A stretch of DNA of 64,000 nt from Malacoraja senta. Taxonomy: Eukaryota. This document shows, piece after piece, positions 24,511 to 36,877 of this stretch. The position numbers and the translations under genes are program-made. The notes under the pieces were generated by a model. That model was not told the DNA's origin, did no database searches, and worked only from the letters and a program-made list of their open reading frames with translations. The DNA lies in NCBI GenBank assembly GCA_038087875.1, contig CM075987.1, forward strand, positions 24,616,001 to 24,680,000, in the 5' to 3' direction. Numbering within the stretch: position 1 is the stretch's first letter; each line of letters starts with the position of its first letter.

Positions 24511-25693
24511 TTTGCTGCCCTTTTGTGGTGTGCTAACCCACTCAGCAGAAAGACAATACATGACCACAATCGAGCCATTTACAGTGTATGAATATCATAG
24601 TTAAAGTAAGAAATGTTGAGTAGAGATTTAAGAGTGTGGAGCGATTGCAATATGTGATTGTGGATCTGCTTCTGTGACTGGCAGGCAAATAGTCACTTGG
24701 GCTGAGCGCCATCTTGGAGACATCATGCCTTGTATAGTGCTGCACAGAGCAATATCTTAACGAGGTACAATCCCTATGTTGGAATACAATGCTATACCAA
24801 TTATTATGCTTCCTCCCCCCGCCAGCCCCAACCCCATCCACCCGTGTTCTTCATAAGTGATAAGAGCAGAATTAGGCCATTCACCCATCACGTCTACTCC
24901 GCCATTCGATCTTGGTTGATCTATCTCTCCCTCTTAACCCCATTCTCCTGCCTTCTCCCCATAACTCCTGACACCTTTACTAATCAAGAATCTATCTATC
25001 TCAACATTAAAAAATATCAGTTGACGGCCTCCACAGCCTTCTGTGACAATGAATTCCACAGATTCACCACTCTCTGACAAATGAAATTCCTCCTAAATCC
25101 TTCCTCAAGGAATGTCCTTTAATTCTGAGGCTGTGACCCACATTCTCCCATGAGTGGAAAAATCCTCTCCACATCTACTCTATCCAAGCCTCCCCCCAAC
25201 TCCCCCAACTTCCTGTTTCTATGGCGCATCTGTAGAAGTTGTCGGGAATTGTTGGAGAGATGCCGAACTTCCGAAGCCTTCTAAGGAGGTAGGATGATAG
25301 AGCAATGATGGAAGAGTACAGATTCACCACAGCATGTTATATTTCACGATTCATATTACATCTGCCTCTGAATCAGATAGTCATGGATTTTCCACTGTGA
25401 TTTTTTTTCCTAGTTTGTAGGCGATAGGCAGCATCTGGAGAGGGTATCATTCCAGATGGGAACATGATCAGAGTAGGGGAATTGAGAACCAGAGGACATA
25501 GGTTGAAGGGGAGTGGAGGATAGTTTTAATAGGAAAACGAGGGGTGACTTTTTCAAACAAAGGGTGGTGGGTGTAAGGAACAAGGTAGGTGAGGAAGGTA
25601 CTATCCCAACGTTTAAGACACATTTAGACATGTACACGGATTGGGCAGGTTTAGAGGGATATGGACCAAATGCAGGCAGGTGGGACTAGTGTA

Positions 25694-28236
25694 CATAGAA
25701 ACATAGAAACATAGAAAGTAGGTGCGAGAGTAGACCACCAGGCCCATCGAGCCCGCACCGCCATTCGCTCATGGCTGAACACTAAACAGACACCCTTACC
25801 CACAAACAGTAGACACAAGACACAGAACACAAGACACTACCCTCCCCTTTATATCGCTATCACCCCTCTCCACCCCAAGAACCGCGTGATCTCCTGGGGG
25901 AGGCAAAAAACCGGATAAAAACCCAGGTCCAATTCGGGAAAAAAATCCGGGAAATTCCTCTCCGACCCCAATCCAGGCGATCGACACTTGTCCAGGAGAT
26001 CACTCAGGTCTTACTATACTAACCCTACCTAGGTCCATATCCCTGCCCTCTCCCCGTAGCCCCTTATCCCCTTGGCAGCTAAACAACCATCTATTTTAGA
26101 CTTAAATATATTTAATGTTTCTGCTTCCACTGCTCCCTGGGGCAGTGAATTCCATAAATTAACCACCCTCTGGGTGAAGAAGTTCTTCCTCATCTCAGTT
26201 TTAAAAGAGCCCCCTCTTATTCTACAACTATGTCCCCTAGTTCTAGTTTCCCCGATCATTGGGAACATCCTCGGTGCATCCACCCAATCAAGGCCCCTCA
26301 CGATCTTATATGTTTCAATGAGATCGCCTCTCATTCTTCTAAACTCCAAAGAGTAGAGTTCCAGCCTACTTAACCTTTCCTCATATGTCAATCCCCTCAT
26401 TGCAGGAATTAATCTTGTAAACCTTCGCTGCACTGCCTCCAGGGCCAGTACATCCTTTCTTAAGTATGGACCCCAGAACTGTACACAGTATTCCAAATGT
26501 GGTCTCACTAATACTGTGTACAGCTGCAGCAAGACCTCCGTGTTTTTATACTCAATCCCCCTAGCAATAAAGGCCAAAACTCCATTGGCCTTCCTGATTG
26601 CTTGCTGCACCTGCATACTAACTTTTAGTGATTCATGTACTACTACCCCTAGATCCCTTTGCGTTGCATTACAACGCAGCTCCACCTCATTTAGAAAATA
26701 ACTTGCCCTATCATTTTTTTTCCCAAAGTGAATGACTTCACATTTATTAGTATTAAATTTCATCTGCCAAGTTGTTGCCCACTCACCTAGCTTATCTATA
26801 TCCTTTTGCAGACTCTTCCTATCCTCCTCATCCCCTACTTTTCCTCCCATTTTTGTATCGTCCGCAAATTTTGATATATTACACTTGGTTCCCTCCTCCA
26901 AATCGTTTATATAAATTGTGAACAACTGGGGTCCCAGCACCGACCCTTGCGGAACCCCGCTAGTTACCGGTTGCCATCCCGAGTATGAACCATTTATCCC
27001 CACTCTCTGCTTCCTATTTGTTAGCCAATCCTCTACCCATGCTAATATATTACCCCCAATCCCATAATTTTTTATTTTTAGCAATAGTCTCTTATGTGGC
27101 ACCTTGTCAAAAGCCTTTTGGAAGTCCAAGTATACCACATCCACCGGTTCCCCTTTATCCACCCGGGTTGTTACTTCCTCAAAGAATTCGAGCAGATTCG
27201 TTAAACAGGACTTCCCCTTCACAAAACCATGCTGGTTCTGTCCGATGAAGTCATGTTTATCCAAGTGCCCCGTTAGTGTTTCTTTAATAATTGTCTCTAA
27301 CATTTTACCCACCACCGATGTTAGACTAACCGGTCTATAGTTACCCGCCTTCTGTTTACTTCCTTTTTTAAATATAGGTGTTACATTGGCCATTTTCCAA
27401 TCCACTGGGACCGTTCCTGCCTCCAGGGAGTTTTGGAAAATTATCACCAATGCATCCACAATCCCCACCGCTATCTCCCTCAAGACCCTTGGATGTAATC
27501 CATCAGGCCCAGGGGATTTATCCTCCTTCAGTCTCATTAATTTCCCTAATACCACCTCCTTGGTGATCTTAATAGTATTTAGCTCCTCCATTCCTACCGC
27601 CCCCTGTTTATCCAGCGTTGGAATATTTTTTGTGTCTTCTATGGTGAAGACTGATACAAAATACTCGTTTAATGCCTTTGCCATTTCCATGTTCCCCACC
27701 AACAACTCTCCAGTCTCACCCTCCAATGGACCAACGTTCACCTTAGCCACCCTTTTTCTTTTTATATAGCTATAAAAACTCTTACTATTAGTTTTTATGT
27801 TGTTCGCTAAATTCCTTTCATAGTCTATTTTCCCCGTCTTAATTAATCTCTTAGTTATTTTTTGCTGACCTTTAAATGCTTCCCAATCCTCTACCCTCCC
27901 ACTATCTCTAGCTACCTTATATGCCCTTGCCTTCAGCCGAATACTATCCTTTATAGTTTTACTGAGCCATGGCTGACTGTTCTTTCCCTTACCCCTTTTT
28001 TTCTTCATAGGAATAAATTTTTCTTGAAGGTTATACAGTAGATCCTTAAACGTACACCACTGCTCATGTACCGTCTTATTCTTGAGTCTGCTATCCCAGT
28101 CAACTTTGATCAGCTCAGTCCTCATACCTTCATAATCCCCTTTATTTAGACTAAGTACCCTAGCCTGAGTTTCAACCTGCTCTCCTTCTATTTGAATATG
28201 GAATTCGACCATATTGGTATCACTTGTTCCCAACGA
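25694..28236 (-). mobile_element. Young CR1 LINE, 5'-truncated, inserted in an older CR1 3' end
   Basis: 7-bp duplication tagtgta at 25687-25693 and 28237-28243, (TTTCTATG)n tail and uninterrupted ORF2. Confidence 0.95.
26029..28233 (-). CDS. CR1 ORF2 (reverse transcriptase), 734 codons open, N-terminal endonuclease lost by 5' truncation
   Basis: KSPGPDG, NYRPVSLTS, QHGF, YLDFQKAFDKV, SGVPQGSVLGP, FADD and CR1 C-terminus with no stops or frameshifts. Unlikely to be expressed as a full protein. Confidence 0.9.
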   Translation of the reverse strand: MGTSDTNMVEFHIQIEGEQVETQARVLSLNKGDYEGMRTELIKVDWDSRLKNKTVHEQWCTFKDLLYNLQEKFIPMKKKRGKGKNSQPWLSKTIKDSIRLKARAYKVARDSGRVEDWEAFKGQQKITKRLIKTGKIDYERNLANNIKTNSKSFYSYIKRKRVAKVNVGPLEGETGELLVGNMEMAKALNEYFVSVFTIEDTKNIPTLDKQGAVGMEELNTIKITKEVVLGKLMRLKEDKSPGPDGLHPRVLREIAVGIVDALVIIFQNSLEAGTVPVDWKMANVTPIFKKGSKQKAGNYRPVSLTSVVGKMLETIIKETLTGHLDKHDFIGQNQHGFVKGKSCLTNLLEFFEEVTTRVDKGEPVDVVYLDFQKAFDKVPHKRLLLKIKNYGIGGNILAWVEDWLTNRKQRVGINGSYSGWQPVTSGVPQGSVLGPQLFTIYINDLEEGTKCNISKFADDTKMGGKVGDEEDRKSLQKDIDKLGEWATTWQMKFNTNKCEVIHFGKKNDRASYFLNEVELRCNATQRDLGVVVHESLKVSMQVQQAIRKANGVLAFIARGIEYKNTEVLLQLYTVLVRPHLEYCVQFWGPYLRKDVLALEAVQRRFTRLIPAMRGLTYEERLSRLELYSLEFRRMRGDLIETYKIVRGLDWVDAPRMFPMIGETRTRGHSCRIRGGSFKTEMRKNFFTQRVVNLWNSLPQGAVEAETLNIFKSKIDGCLAAKGIRGYGERAGIWT

Positions 28237-28626
28237 TAGTGTAGATGGGACATGTTGGTCGGTGTGAGCAAGTTGGGCCGAAGGGCCTGTTTCTACGCTG
28301 TGTACCAGTTATGAATTTACATCCTGTTTTTACTCTTCTTACAGTTTGATGATATTTCTTCCCCTCTTCTTAGACGGAAAGTACACAAAGTGTAACAAAT
28401 AACAGCAGGATTCAGAGATTGCTGAATCGCATAGCTTCAAATCATGAGAGGAATAGATTGGGTAGATGCACAGTAGGGGAATCAAGGTCCAGAGGACATA
28501 GGTTTAAGGTGAGGGGGGAGGAAAGATTTAATAGGAACCTGAGGGTTCCAGGCACACAAAGGGTGGTGGGTGTATCTAACGAGCTGCTGGAGGAGGGAGT
28601 TGAGGCAGGTTCTTTTGCAACGTTGA

Positions 28627-28862
28627 AGGGCCCGTCCCACTTTCACCACCTAATTCACGACCTCTGCCGAATTTGCCCTTGACTCATACTCGCAGCATGG
28701 TCGTCACGAGGTCGTAGGAGGCCGTAGGAGTTGGTAGGTAGCTCGTAGGTAGGTTGTGATGCTAGTCGTAGGTACTCGTGGCATCTAGTAGGTCAGGGCA
28801 TTTTTCTAGCCTGATGAAAAATGTCCACGAGTAAAAAAGGTTGTGAAAGTGGGACAGGCCCT
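28627..28862. mobile_element. PIF/Harbinger-type MITE (same subfamily as 15861-16085, inverted) inside a CR1 3' end
   Basis: agggcccgtcccactttcac / gtgaaagtgggacaggccct. The host gcaacgt|taagaaacatttag is split at TAA. Confidence 0.85.
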
Positions 28863-29288
28863 TAAGAAACATTTAGACAGGTGCATGAATAGCACAGGTT
28901 TGGAGGGATATGGACCAAATGCAGGCAGGTGGGACTAGCGTAGATGGGACATGTTGGCCGGTGTGGGCAAGTTGGGCTGAAGGGCCTGTTTCCGCACTGT
29001 ATCACTCTGTGGTTCTCTATCCACGTCAGTATAACCTGAATATATCAGCATTCAATAATGATTTATATATTTCAAGCAACTGTAACAACAAATTGCACAT
29101 TTGTATAGCAACATTAAGTTAGTTAAAGTGTCCCAAACTGCATCAAAGGAACACAGTCAAACATAATGTAGAAACAAGGAACTGCAGATGGTGGTTGAGA
29201 AAAAAAGGACACCCAGTGCTGGAGTAACTCACAGGGTCAGGAGCATCTCTGGAGAACATGGAAGGTGACGTTTTGGATCGGGACCCTT

Positions 29289-29590
29289 TAGTTTTTAATT
29301 TAGTTTCGTTTAGAGATACAGCGCGGAAACAGGCCCTTCAGCCCACCGAGCCCGCGCCGACCAGCGATCCCCGCACATTAACACTATCCTACACACACTA
29401 GGGGCAATTTTACAATGACACCAAGCCAATCAACCTACAAACCTGTACGTCTTTGGAGTGTAGGAGGAAAACGAAGATCTCGGAGAAAACCCACGCAGTC
29501 ACGGAGAGAACGTGCAAACTCCGTACAGACAGCACCCGTAGTCGGGATCGAACCCGGGTCTCTGGCGCTGCAACTCTGCCACTGCACCAC
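29289..29590 (-). mobile_element. V-SINE (HE1-like)
   Basis: Family sequence. Confidence 0.88.
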
Positions 29591-30065
29591 TTTCTTCGGA
29601 CTCCTCTGGGCTTTGTGTTCTCGACAGTCAAACACAATGCATACATACTTTATGTGAGAGGATGTGAATAAACGTTTGGGCACACTATAGATGTTTTAAA
29701 GGGAGTCCTACAGGGGGGAAATTGATGGAACACGCAAAAGACTGCAGATGCTGTAATCTTGGCTCAAGAGAGAGCAACTCAAATCTGAAAACAAATAATT
29801 TACACCTACTTCTCAATGTGGCAATTGACTCTTTAACACTGTGTAAGAAGGAACTGCAGATACTGGTTTACACTGAAGGTATACCCAGAATGATGGAGGA
29901 ACTCAGTGGATCAGGCAGCATCCCTGGAGGTAATGGACATGGAGATCTTTGTGGAGGATATTCCTGAGCCTCGGAGTACACAGCTGAAGACACAACCGCC
30001 ATAACACAACTTGAAAATCAAGCAAGTGCACAAGACGATAATCGAAGGAATATAGTGGCTTCAGA

Positions 30066-30410
30066 AGACAGACACAAAAAAGCTGGAATAACTCAGCGGG
30101 ATGGGCAGAATCTCTGGAGAGAAGGAATGGGTGACGTTTCGGGTCGAGAACCTTCTTCAGGCTGGTTAGGGATAAGAGAAACGAGAGAGATAGACGGCGA
30201 TGTGGAGAGATAAATAACAATGAATGAAAGATATGCACAAAGTTAACGATGATAAAAGAAACAGACGATTGTTAGCTGTTTGTAGGGTGAAAATGAGAAG
30301 CATTTTCTTCAGAGCTTCTCTCCAGAGATGCTGCCTGTCCCGCTGAGTTACTCCAGCTTTTTGTGTCTATCTTCGGTTTAAGCCAGCATCTGCAGGTCCT
30401 TCTTACACAT
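30066..30410. mobile_element. Penelope-derived palindromic element
   Basis: Long minus-strand pseudo-LTR arm followed by a plus-strand arm. Confidence 0.78.
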
Positions 30411-30925
30411 AGTGTCTTGAGAAGACTGTGCCTGAAGGGGTTTGTAGATATTGGGAATGGTTATATTGCGGAAGGTTTCAGCAACAACCAAGAGGAGTTG
30501 CTGTATCGGGAGCCGGTGCAGACCCGTGCGAGCACAGAATGTGTGAACCAGATGCTGTGAGTTCGGATCTGAACAGCAGAGAGGAATTATAATTTGTTTC
30601 AAGGGCCATCATGTCGAAGGGCCATCATGTCGTTCTTTGCAGCGATCTCATCAATTACATCCTTCAGCCTTGTCTTTGCCGCCTGCAAAGAGACTCCCGG
30701 GTTCAATCCTGACCCCGGGTGCTGCCTGTGTGGAGTTTGTACGTTTTCCTTGTGACTTGCGTCGGAAGGAATTGCAGATGCTGGTTTACACCGAAAATAG
30801 ACACAAATGCTGGAGTAAATCAGCGGGACAGGCAGCATCTCTGGAGGGAAAGAATGGGTGACGTTTCGGGTCAAGACCCTTCTTCAGGCTGGTTAGGGAT
30901 AAGAGAAACGAGAGAGATAGATGGC

Positions 30926-31356
30926 GAAAACCGCGCAGCACATCATCGGTGCCCCCGCTCCCTGCCATGGATGCCCTCCACCGAAAACAGTGTCTGAAAC
31001 GGGCTGGGAAGATCATTAAAGACCCCTCCCACCCCAACCATGGACTGTTTGCCCTCCTCCCATCAGGGAGGCGGTACAGGAGCCTCAGGTCTCGTACCAG
31101 TAGGATGAGGAACAGCTTCTACAATTATACCGTCGCATTGCTGAACTCGGAGTCCCGCCGATAGATTCCTCCGGTCCCTCCATCCCCATTGTTAATTATT
31201 CTGTATTTTTGATTATTCTGTATCCTCTTTTTAAAAAAAATAATTCTATATTGCACTACTACTACTACGGACTGACGCAAAACTGCATTTCGTTGTACCC
31301 ATACTCAGTATTTGTGCAATGACATTAAAGTTGAATTGAATTGAATTGAATTGAAT
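30926..31356 (+). mobile_element. Rex1/Babar-type LINE 3' fragment
   Basis: CLKRAGKIIKDPSHPNHGLFALLPSGRRYRSLRSRTSRMRNSFY..VALLN and (TTGAA)5 tail. Confidence 0.85.
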
Positions 31357-31482
31357 TCAGGCTAAAGAGTCAGGGGAGAGGGAGACACAGAGATGCAGAA
31401 GGGTAAGGTGTAAAAACGAAAGATCAAAAGGGATGTGGTTCAAGGAAAATGTAGAGTGGATCACTGTTAGCTCGGGGAAGTT

Positions 31483-32302
31483 CAGATTCAGATTCAGATT
31501 CAATTTTATGGTCATTGCACATTTCAGTGCAACGAAATGGTTTAGCCTGCAGTCATAACATAGAATAACTAACAAAACACACACTCAACACAGTTTAACA
31601 TCCACCACAGTGAGTCCACCAGGCACCTCCTCACTGTGATGGAAGGCAAAAAGTCCCAAAGTCCATGTCTCTTCCCTCCTTGCTCTCCCTCTGCGCTGAG
31701 GCGATCCAGGCCTCCGATGTTGTGACCCCGCCGGGTGATGGTAAGTAAGTCAGTCCCTCGGCTGAATCCGAGCTCCACGAAGTAACGGGCCGGTTCAAAC
31801 TCCGCGGCCCGGGGCGGTCGAAGCTGCCGAAGCTGCCACCCTTCAGTCCCAGCGGATGAAGCTGTTGTTGCGGGAGCTCCAGGAAAAACAGGTCACCAAC
31901 CTGTGACCTGCGAGCTCCCGACGATGTCGTCCACTGGGCCCGCGGCCGAGCCTCCGAGGCTCTGAAGTCGGGTTGGAAGTCGGGTCGCAACGCCACCACA
32001 GCCCCGAAGTCGGCCAGCCTCGCGTTGGTAAGTCCTGGCTCTTCCTCCGGAGCCTCGAGGTCAGTCCCAGTTGGAGGCCGCCAGCTCCGCGATAGGCCTC
32101 AGCGCAGACGGAGACGGAGACGGGGGATACGGCAAGAAAGGTCGCATCCCCCCCGAAGGAAGAGTCAAAAAACATGTTTCTCCCACCCCCCCCCCCCCCC
32201 CCACACATACACAACTAAAATAAACCAAAATAAACTGTAACAACGGGACAAAAGAAAACAAAAAAATAAAAGACAAACAGACTGCAGGCGAGCCGCCACT
32301 TC
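31483..32302 (-). mobile_element. About 820-bp GC-rich non-coding retroelement with Rex1/Babar-like 3' end
   Basis: Flanked by cggggaagtt / cggagaagtt inside a Penelope fragment. (TCTGAA)n tail. Second copy at 11695-12072. Confidence 0.72.
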
Positions 32303-33116
32303 CGGAGAAGTTGACAACAAAGACAAAATTGAATCAGGAGGACAGTCAGACTGGTCGGGGAATTAGGATGGGGGAGGGAGGGAGATAGAGGGGAAGCTCA
32401 GTCTGAAGACGGGACTCGACCTGAAACGTCATCCATTCCTTCTCTCCAGAGACGTTTACATTCACTCATTCCTTGTACCACTGCAGTGAATAACTTCTCC
32501 ATCTGTCTTTCAGGCTTTAACATTCTCTATTTTGTTCTCTCTCCTCTTTCTGAGCTGCAACCTAATTTAAACTTGGATCCGACGTTGTGTTGACTCACAT
32601 CTTTGGCTTCACTCTGAAACTGAGTGGGGAGGGGGAGGGGGGGTGTCTGTGCGTTGCGGGGACCTGCTAGAGGTGCACTGGGCAGATAATGAATAGCCTA
32701 GCCTAGTGTCTGTGATAGTTGATCGGTGCAGACTCGATGGGCCGAAGGGCCTGCTGTATCTCTAAATTAAACTAATCTCCACTCAGTCTTGAATGCAACC
32801 CATCTGTACCAAGTGACTCGTTCACTTTCAGCACAGCTAACCTTTTTAGTACCCCCTTCTCCCCATCTAAGGACCCACGCATTATATCTCGGCCTCCACA
32901 TCTAGCTTATCCAACACTTTGAATCCTGAAGAATCCTGCCAGTCGGAAGAAGTGTCTCAACCCGAAACGTCACCCATTCCTTCTCTCCAGAGATGCTGCC
33001 TGTCCCGCTGAGTTACTCCAGCACTTTGCGTCTACTTTGAATCCTTCTCTTACTTGGTAAAGACACAGGTACAAAATACTTTGGTGTTATTCCAGCCTTG
33101 CTCTCTGAATCTATGG

Positions 33117-33668
33117 GCCGGCACGGTGGCGCAGTGTTAGAGCTACCTCCTTACAGCGCCAGAGACCTGGGCTCGATCCTGACTACGGGTGCTGTCTGTA
33201 CGGAGTTTGTACCTTCTCCCCGTGTCAAGCGTGGGTTTACTCTGAGATCTTGGGTTTCCTCCCACACTCCAAAGATGTACAGGTTTGAAGGTTAATTGGC
33301 TCGATGCATGTGTAAAATTGTCCCTAGTGGGACTACCTTCGACTACCTACGACTAACATGCTGACCTACTATGACTAAACCTACGAGTAAAAAAAGTATC
33401 GATTTTTTCCGTGGGACCTTTTTTTACTCGCGGGCATTTTTTAACATGTTGAAAAAAACGCCGCGATCTAGCTGAGGCCTCGAGAACGCGGAGACCACTC
33501 TCGAGCATGAAGGAGAGTTACGAAGATCTCCTACGACCTCGTGTCGACCACGCTGCGAGTATGAGTCGAGGGCAAACTCGTTAGGGTGCAGGGATCGCTG
33601 GTCGGTGCGGACTGGATGGGCCGAAGGGCCTGTTTCCACGCTGTATCTCTAAGCTAAACTAAACTAAA
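33117..33668 (+). mobile_element. V-SINE containing a TIR-less internal fragment of the 24007-type MITE (33331-33580)
   Basis: 33331-33580 closely matches 24204-24449. SINE sequence on both sides. Confidence 0.8.
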
Positions 33669-34342
33669 AGCACGGAGAGATATCCCATACATCCAGAATA
33701 AAAATTGAAGTGGATTGATGCACTCATCGATTTAGGCAACTGCACAATGGAACAGGGTCCAGATGACAGACTTTTGAATCTCCTCCCTCCATCTTCTCCC
33801 CTTCTGTCTACCTGCTGGATATTTCCAGCACTTTGTTGCTTTTCAGTAACCTTTGTGCTTCTTTTCCCAGTTAGTTGTTCCCTACTGACGGCGATACCAC
33901 TACCGCCAGCCTTTGAACTGTTCAACTGGTGATGTAACGCGTTCCCGCGTCACTTTCATTATCTGCTCCGCTCCTGACATCCACTGGAAGGCTTCGTAAG
34001 AAAGGACTGAGCTACAGGCTGCTGGCAACAACATTTCAGGGCAGTCTCTGGATTTTTGGCTTGGGAACAGTTGATTTTTAATAGGATATCCATTAACTGT
34101 CAAAATTGTAAGGATTTTTGGCTTTTTCGACCAGGATTTATTGTTAATATAAAACATATTTGTGCGGAGAGGGAATAACGAAAGGAAAAATGCTTCTGGC
34201 ATGTTCTGCAAAGTCTCATGTGTGCTTTTACTGCAGTGCTCACCTGCGTAGGAACATTGATTGCTTTTAAGAGTAATTCATTACACAAATTCCAAGGTGA
34301 GATACGGTACGTTTTGGAAAAGCAGGTTCTTTCCTATTTATG

Positions 34343-34570
34343 TGCAGGAAAGAACTGCAGATGCTGGTTTAAATCGAAGGTAGACATGAAATGCTGGAGT
34401 AACTCAGCGGGACAGGCAGCATCTCTGGAGAGAAGGGATGGATGACGTTTCAGGTCGAGACCCTTCTCTCAGTCTGAAGAAGGGTCTCGACCCGAAACGT
34501 CACCCATTCCTTCTCTCCAGAGATGCTGCCTGTCCCGCTGAGTTACTCCAGCATTTCATGTCCACCTTCT
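34343..34570. mobile_element. Penelope-derived palindromic element with intact minimal hammerhead core (34474-34501)
   Basis: Inverted arms of about 90 bp meet at tctcagtctgaagaagggtctcgacccgaaacgtc. Confidence 0.82.
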
Positions 34571-34576
34571 TTCCTA

Positions 34577-34828
34577 TTTAGTTTAGTTTACAGATACAGC
34601 GTCGAAACAGATCCTTTGGCCCACCGAGTCCGCGCCGACCAGCGATCCCCGCACACTAGCAATATCCTACACACACTAGGGATAATTTACAATGATCCTA
34701 AGTCAGTTGACCTACAAACCTGTACATCTTTGGAGCGTGGGAGGAAACCGGAAAACCCACGCAGGTCACGGGGAGAACGTACAAACTCCATAAAGACAGC
34801 ACCCGTAGGCAGCGACTCTACCGCTGCA
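34577..34828 (-). mobile_element. V-SINE (HE1-like), internally deleted
   Basis: Family sequence. Confidence 0.85.
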
Positions 34829-35694
34829 TTCCTGATTTAAATTTCCTTGCAAGTGTTTAAACTGGATGGCTGGTCTTACTATAATAAAGATTACGCTTCA
34901 GAGACGGACAAAATTGCTGGAGTAACTCAGAGGGTCAGGCAGCGTCGCTGGAGAAACAGGATGGATGACGTATTCGGATCGGGACACTTCTCCAGTCTAT
35001 CTGTGGTATAAACCAGCATCTGCAAATCTTCATTTCTAACGTTAAGCTTCAGATGTGATATAAGTGGATACATTAGTACGCTTTTACGTTGCAGTTTGCT
35101 TAACAGCATTTAAAGTCCATCGGAGATACCCCTTACTTACATCTCACTTGTCAGGTGTATGAAAAAATATATCCTCACAGCGAAATTTCCTACACGTGCA
35201 AACACTTTGTCTGGCACATGCCATCGATGCACGGAATACGTGTGCACTTTTACCAGTTCACTGTGTTCATAGTTCACCCTGCTTCCATTACACTGAGGCC
35301 TGAAATGGGGGTGCAGGAAGGAACTGCAGATGCCGGTTTCAACGGTGTAGAACGGTGACGGCGGTGTAGAGAGACATAGAACAAATGAATGAAAGGTTTG
35401 CCAAAAATGGAACGATGATAAAGAAATTAGGGGGTTCTCGTGGTCTTTTGATACAGGCACAACATCAACCTGTACCTTTCAAAATGAAGTTACATTCCTG
35501 CTGGGACATCTTTCTTCCTGGAAGAAGGCAGCCGTTTTCAAACACAGACCACACTTTCTATTCGTAATACAATCTATTTGCTTCAATGGGAAGCTAAATT
35601 TCAATTTCAATTTTGTTCTTCTCAGCAGGTAAGAATAGATTGTAATGTCTTGTCACAACCAGTAGGGCTTTCTACCGGAGGTGGGCGACCTAGT

Positions 35695-35972
35695 GGTCCA
35701 GTGGTAGAATTGCTGAGACCTGGGTTCAATCCTGACCACCGGTGCTGTCTGTACGGAGTTTGCACGCTCTCCCCGTGACCGCGTGGGTTTTCTCCGGGTG
35801 CTCTGGTTTCCTCCCACACTCCAGGTACGCACAGGTTTGTAGGTTAATTGGCTTCAATGAAAGTTGTAAATTGTCCCTAGTGTGTGGGCTAGTGCTAATG
35901 TACGGGGATCACTGGTCATTGCAGACTCGATGGGCCGAAGGGCCTGTTTCCATGGTATATCTCTAAACTGAA
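35695..35972 (+). mobile_element. V-SINE (HE1-like)
   Basis: Family sequence. Confidence 0.85.
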
Positions 35973-36234
35973 AGGACTACCTCCAAGCAAGGACCCTGCC
36001 AACCCAAGACTGTTCAGCACAGGCAGCTTGCTTTCACTGGCAAGGCAGGAAAGCATCTCGTTGAAGTAACATTAATCTGCACCAATGTATTAACTTAAAG
36101 CTGTGCAACCTTACAATGTTTCAGCAACTTATTCTGTTTTGATTTGCATGTTTGGTGACGTAGGCAGTGACGGGCGGTCGCGTGCGGCGCCCCAGGATTT
36201 TGGGATGTACAAAATCTTTGCGCGCCATTTGCGT

Positions 36235-36775
36235 GACAATAGACAATAGGTGCAGGAGTAGGCCATTTGGCCCTTCGAGCCAGCACCGCCATTCAATGTG
36301 ATCATGGCTGATCATCCCCAATCAGTACCCCGTTCCTGCCTTCTCCCCATATCCCCTGACTCCGCTATTTTTAAGAGCCCTATCTAGCTCTCTCTTGAAA
36401 GCATCCAGAGAACCTGCCTCCACCGCCCTCTGAGGCAGAGAATTCCACAGACTCACCACTCTCTGTGAGAAAAAGTGTTTCCTCATCTCCGTTCAAAATG
36501 GCTAACTCCTTATTCTCAAACTGTGGCCCCTGGTTCTGGGCTCCCCCAACATCGGTAACATGTTGGTAAAGAAGGAACTGCAGATGCTGGAAAATCGAAG
36601 GTACACAAAAATGCTGGAGAAACTCAGCGGGTGCAGCAGCATCTATTCGCTCCATAGATGCTGCTGCACCCGCTGAGTTTCTCCAGCATTTTTGTGTACC
36701 ATCGGGAACATGTTTCCTGCCTCTAGTGTGTCCAAGCCCTTAACAATCTTATATGTTTCAATGAGATCCCCTTGC
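36235..36775 (-). mobile_element. CR1 3' fragment interrupted by a Penelope-derived hairpin (about 36565-36699)
   Basis: Reverse complement of the 120-500 sequence. Duplication catcgg(t/g)aacatgtt flanks the insert. Confidence 0.85.
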
Positions 36776-36877
36776 TTCAATGAGATCCCCTTAGCTAGGG
36801 CCATGAAGTTCTGTTAACAGGAGGGGAAGTTGTGAAAAACATATCATTCCACGGTTGATAGTAATCTAGAATTTAGA

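Noticed and set aside
30410..30600. Possible exon (minus-strand acceptor-like cctctctgctgttcag)
   Set aside because: None of the three frames resembled a protein I recognise, and there is no supporting partner exon.
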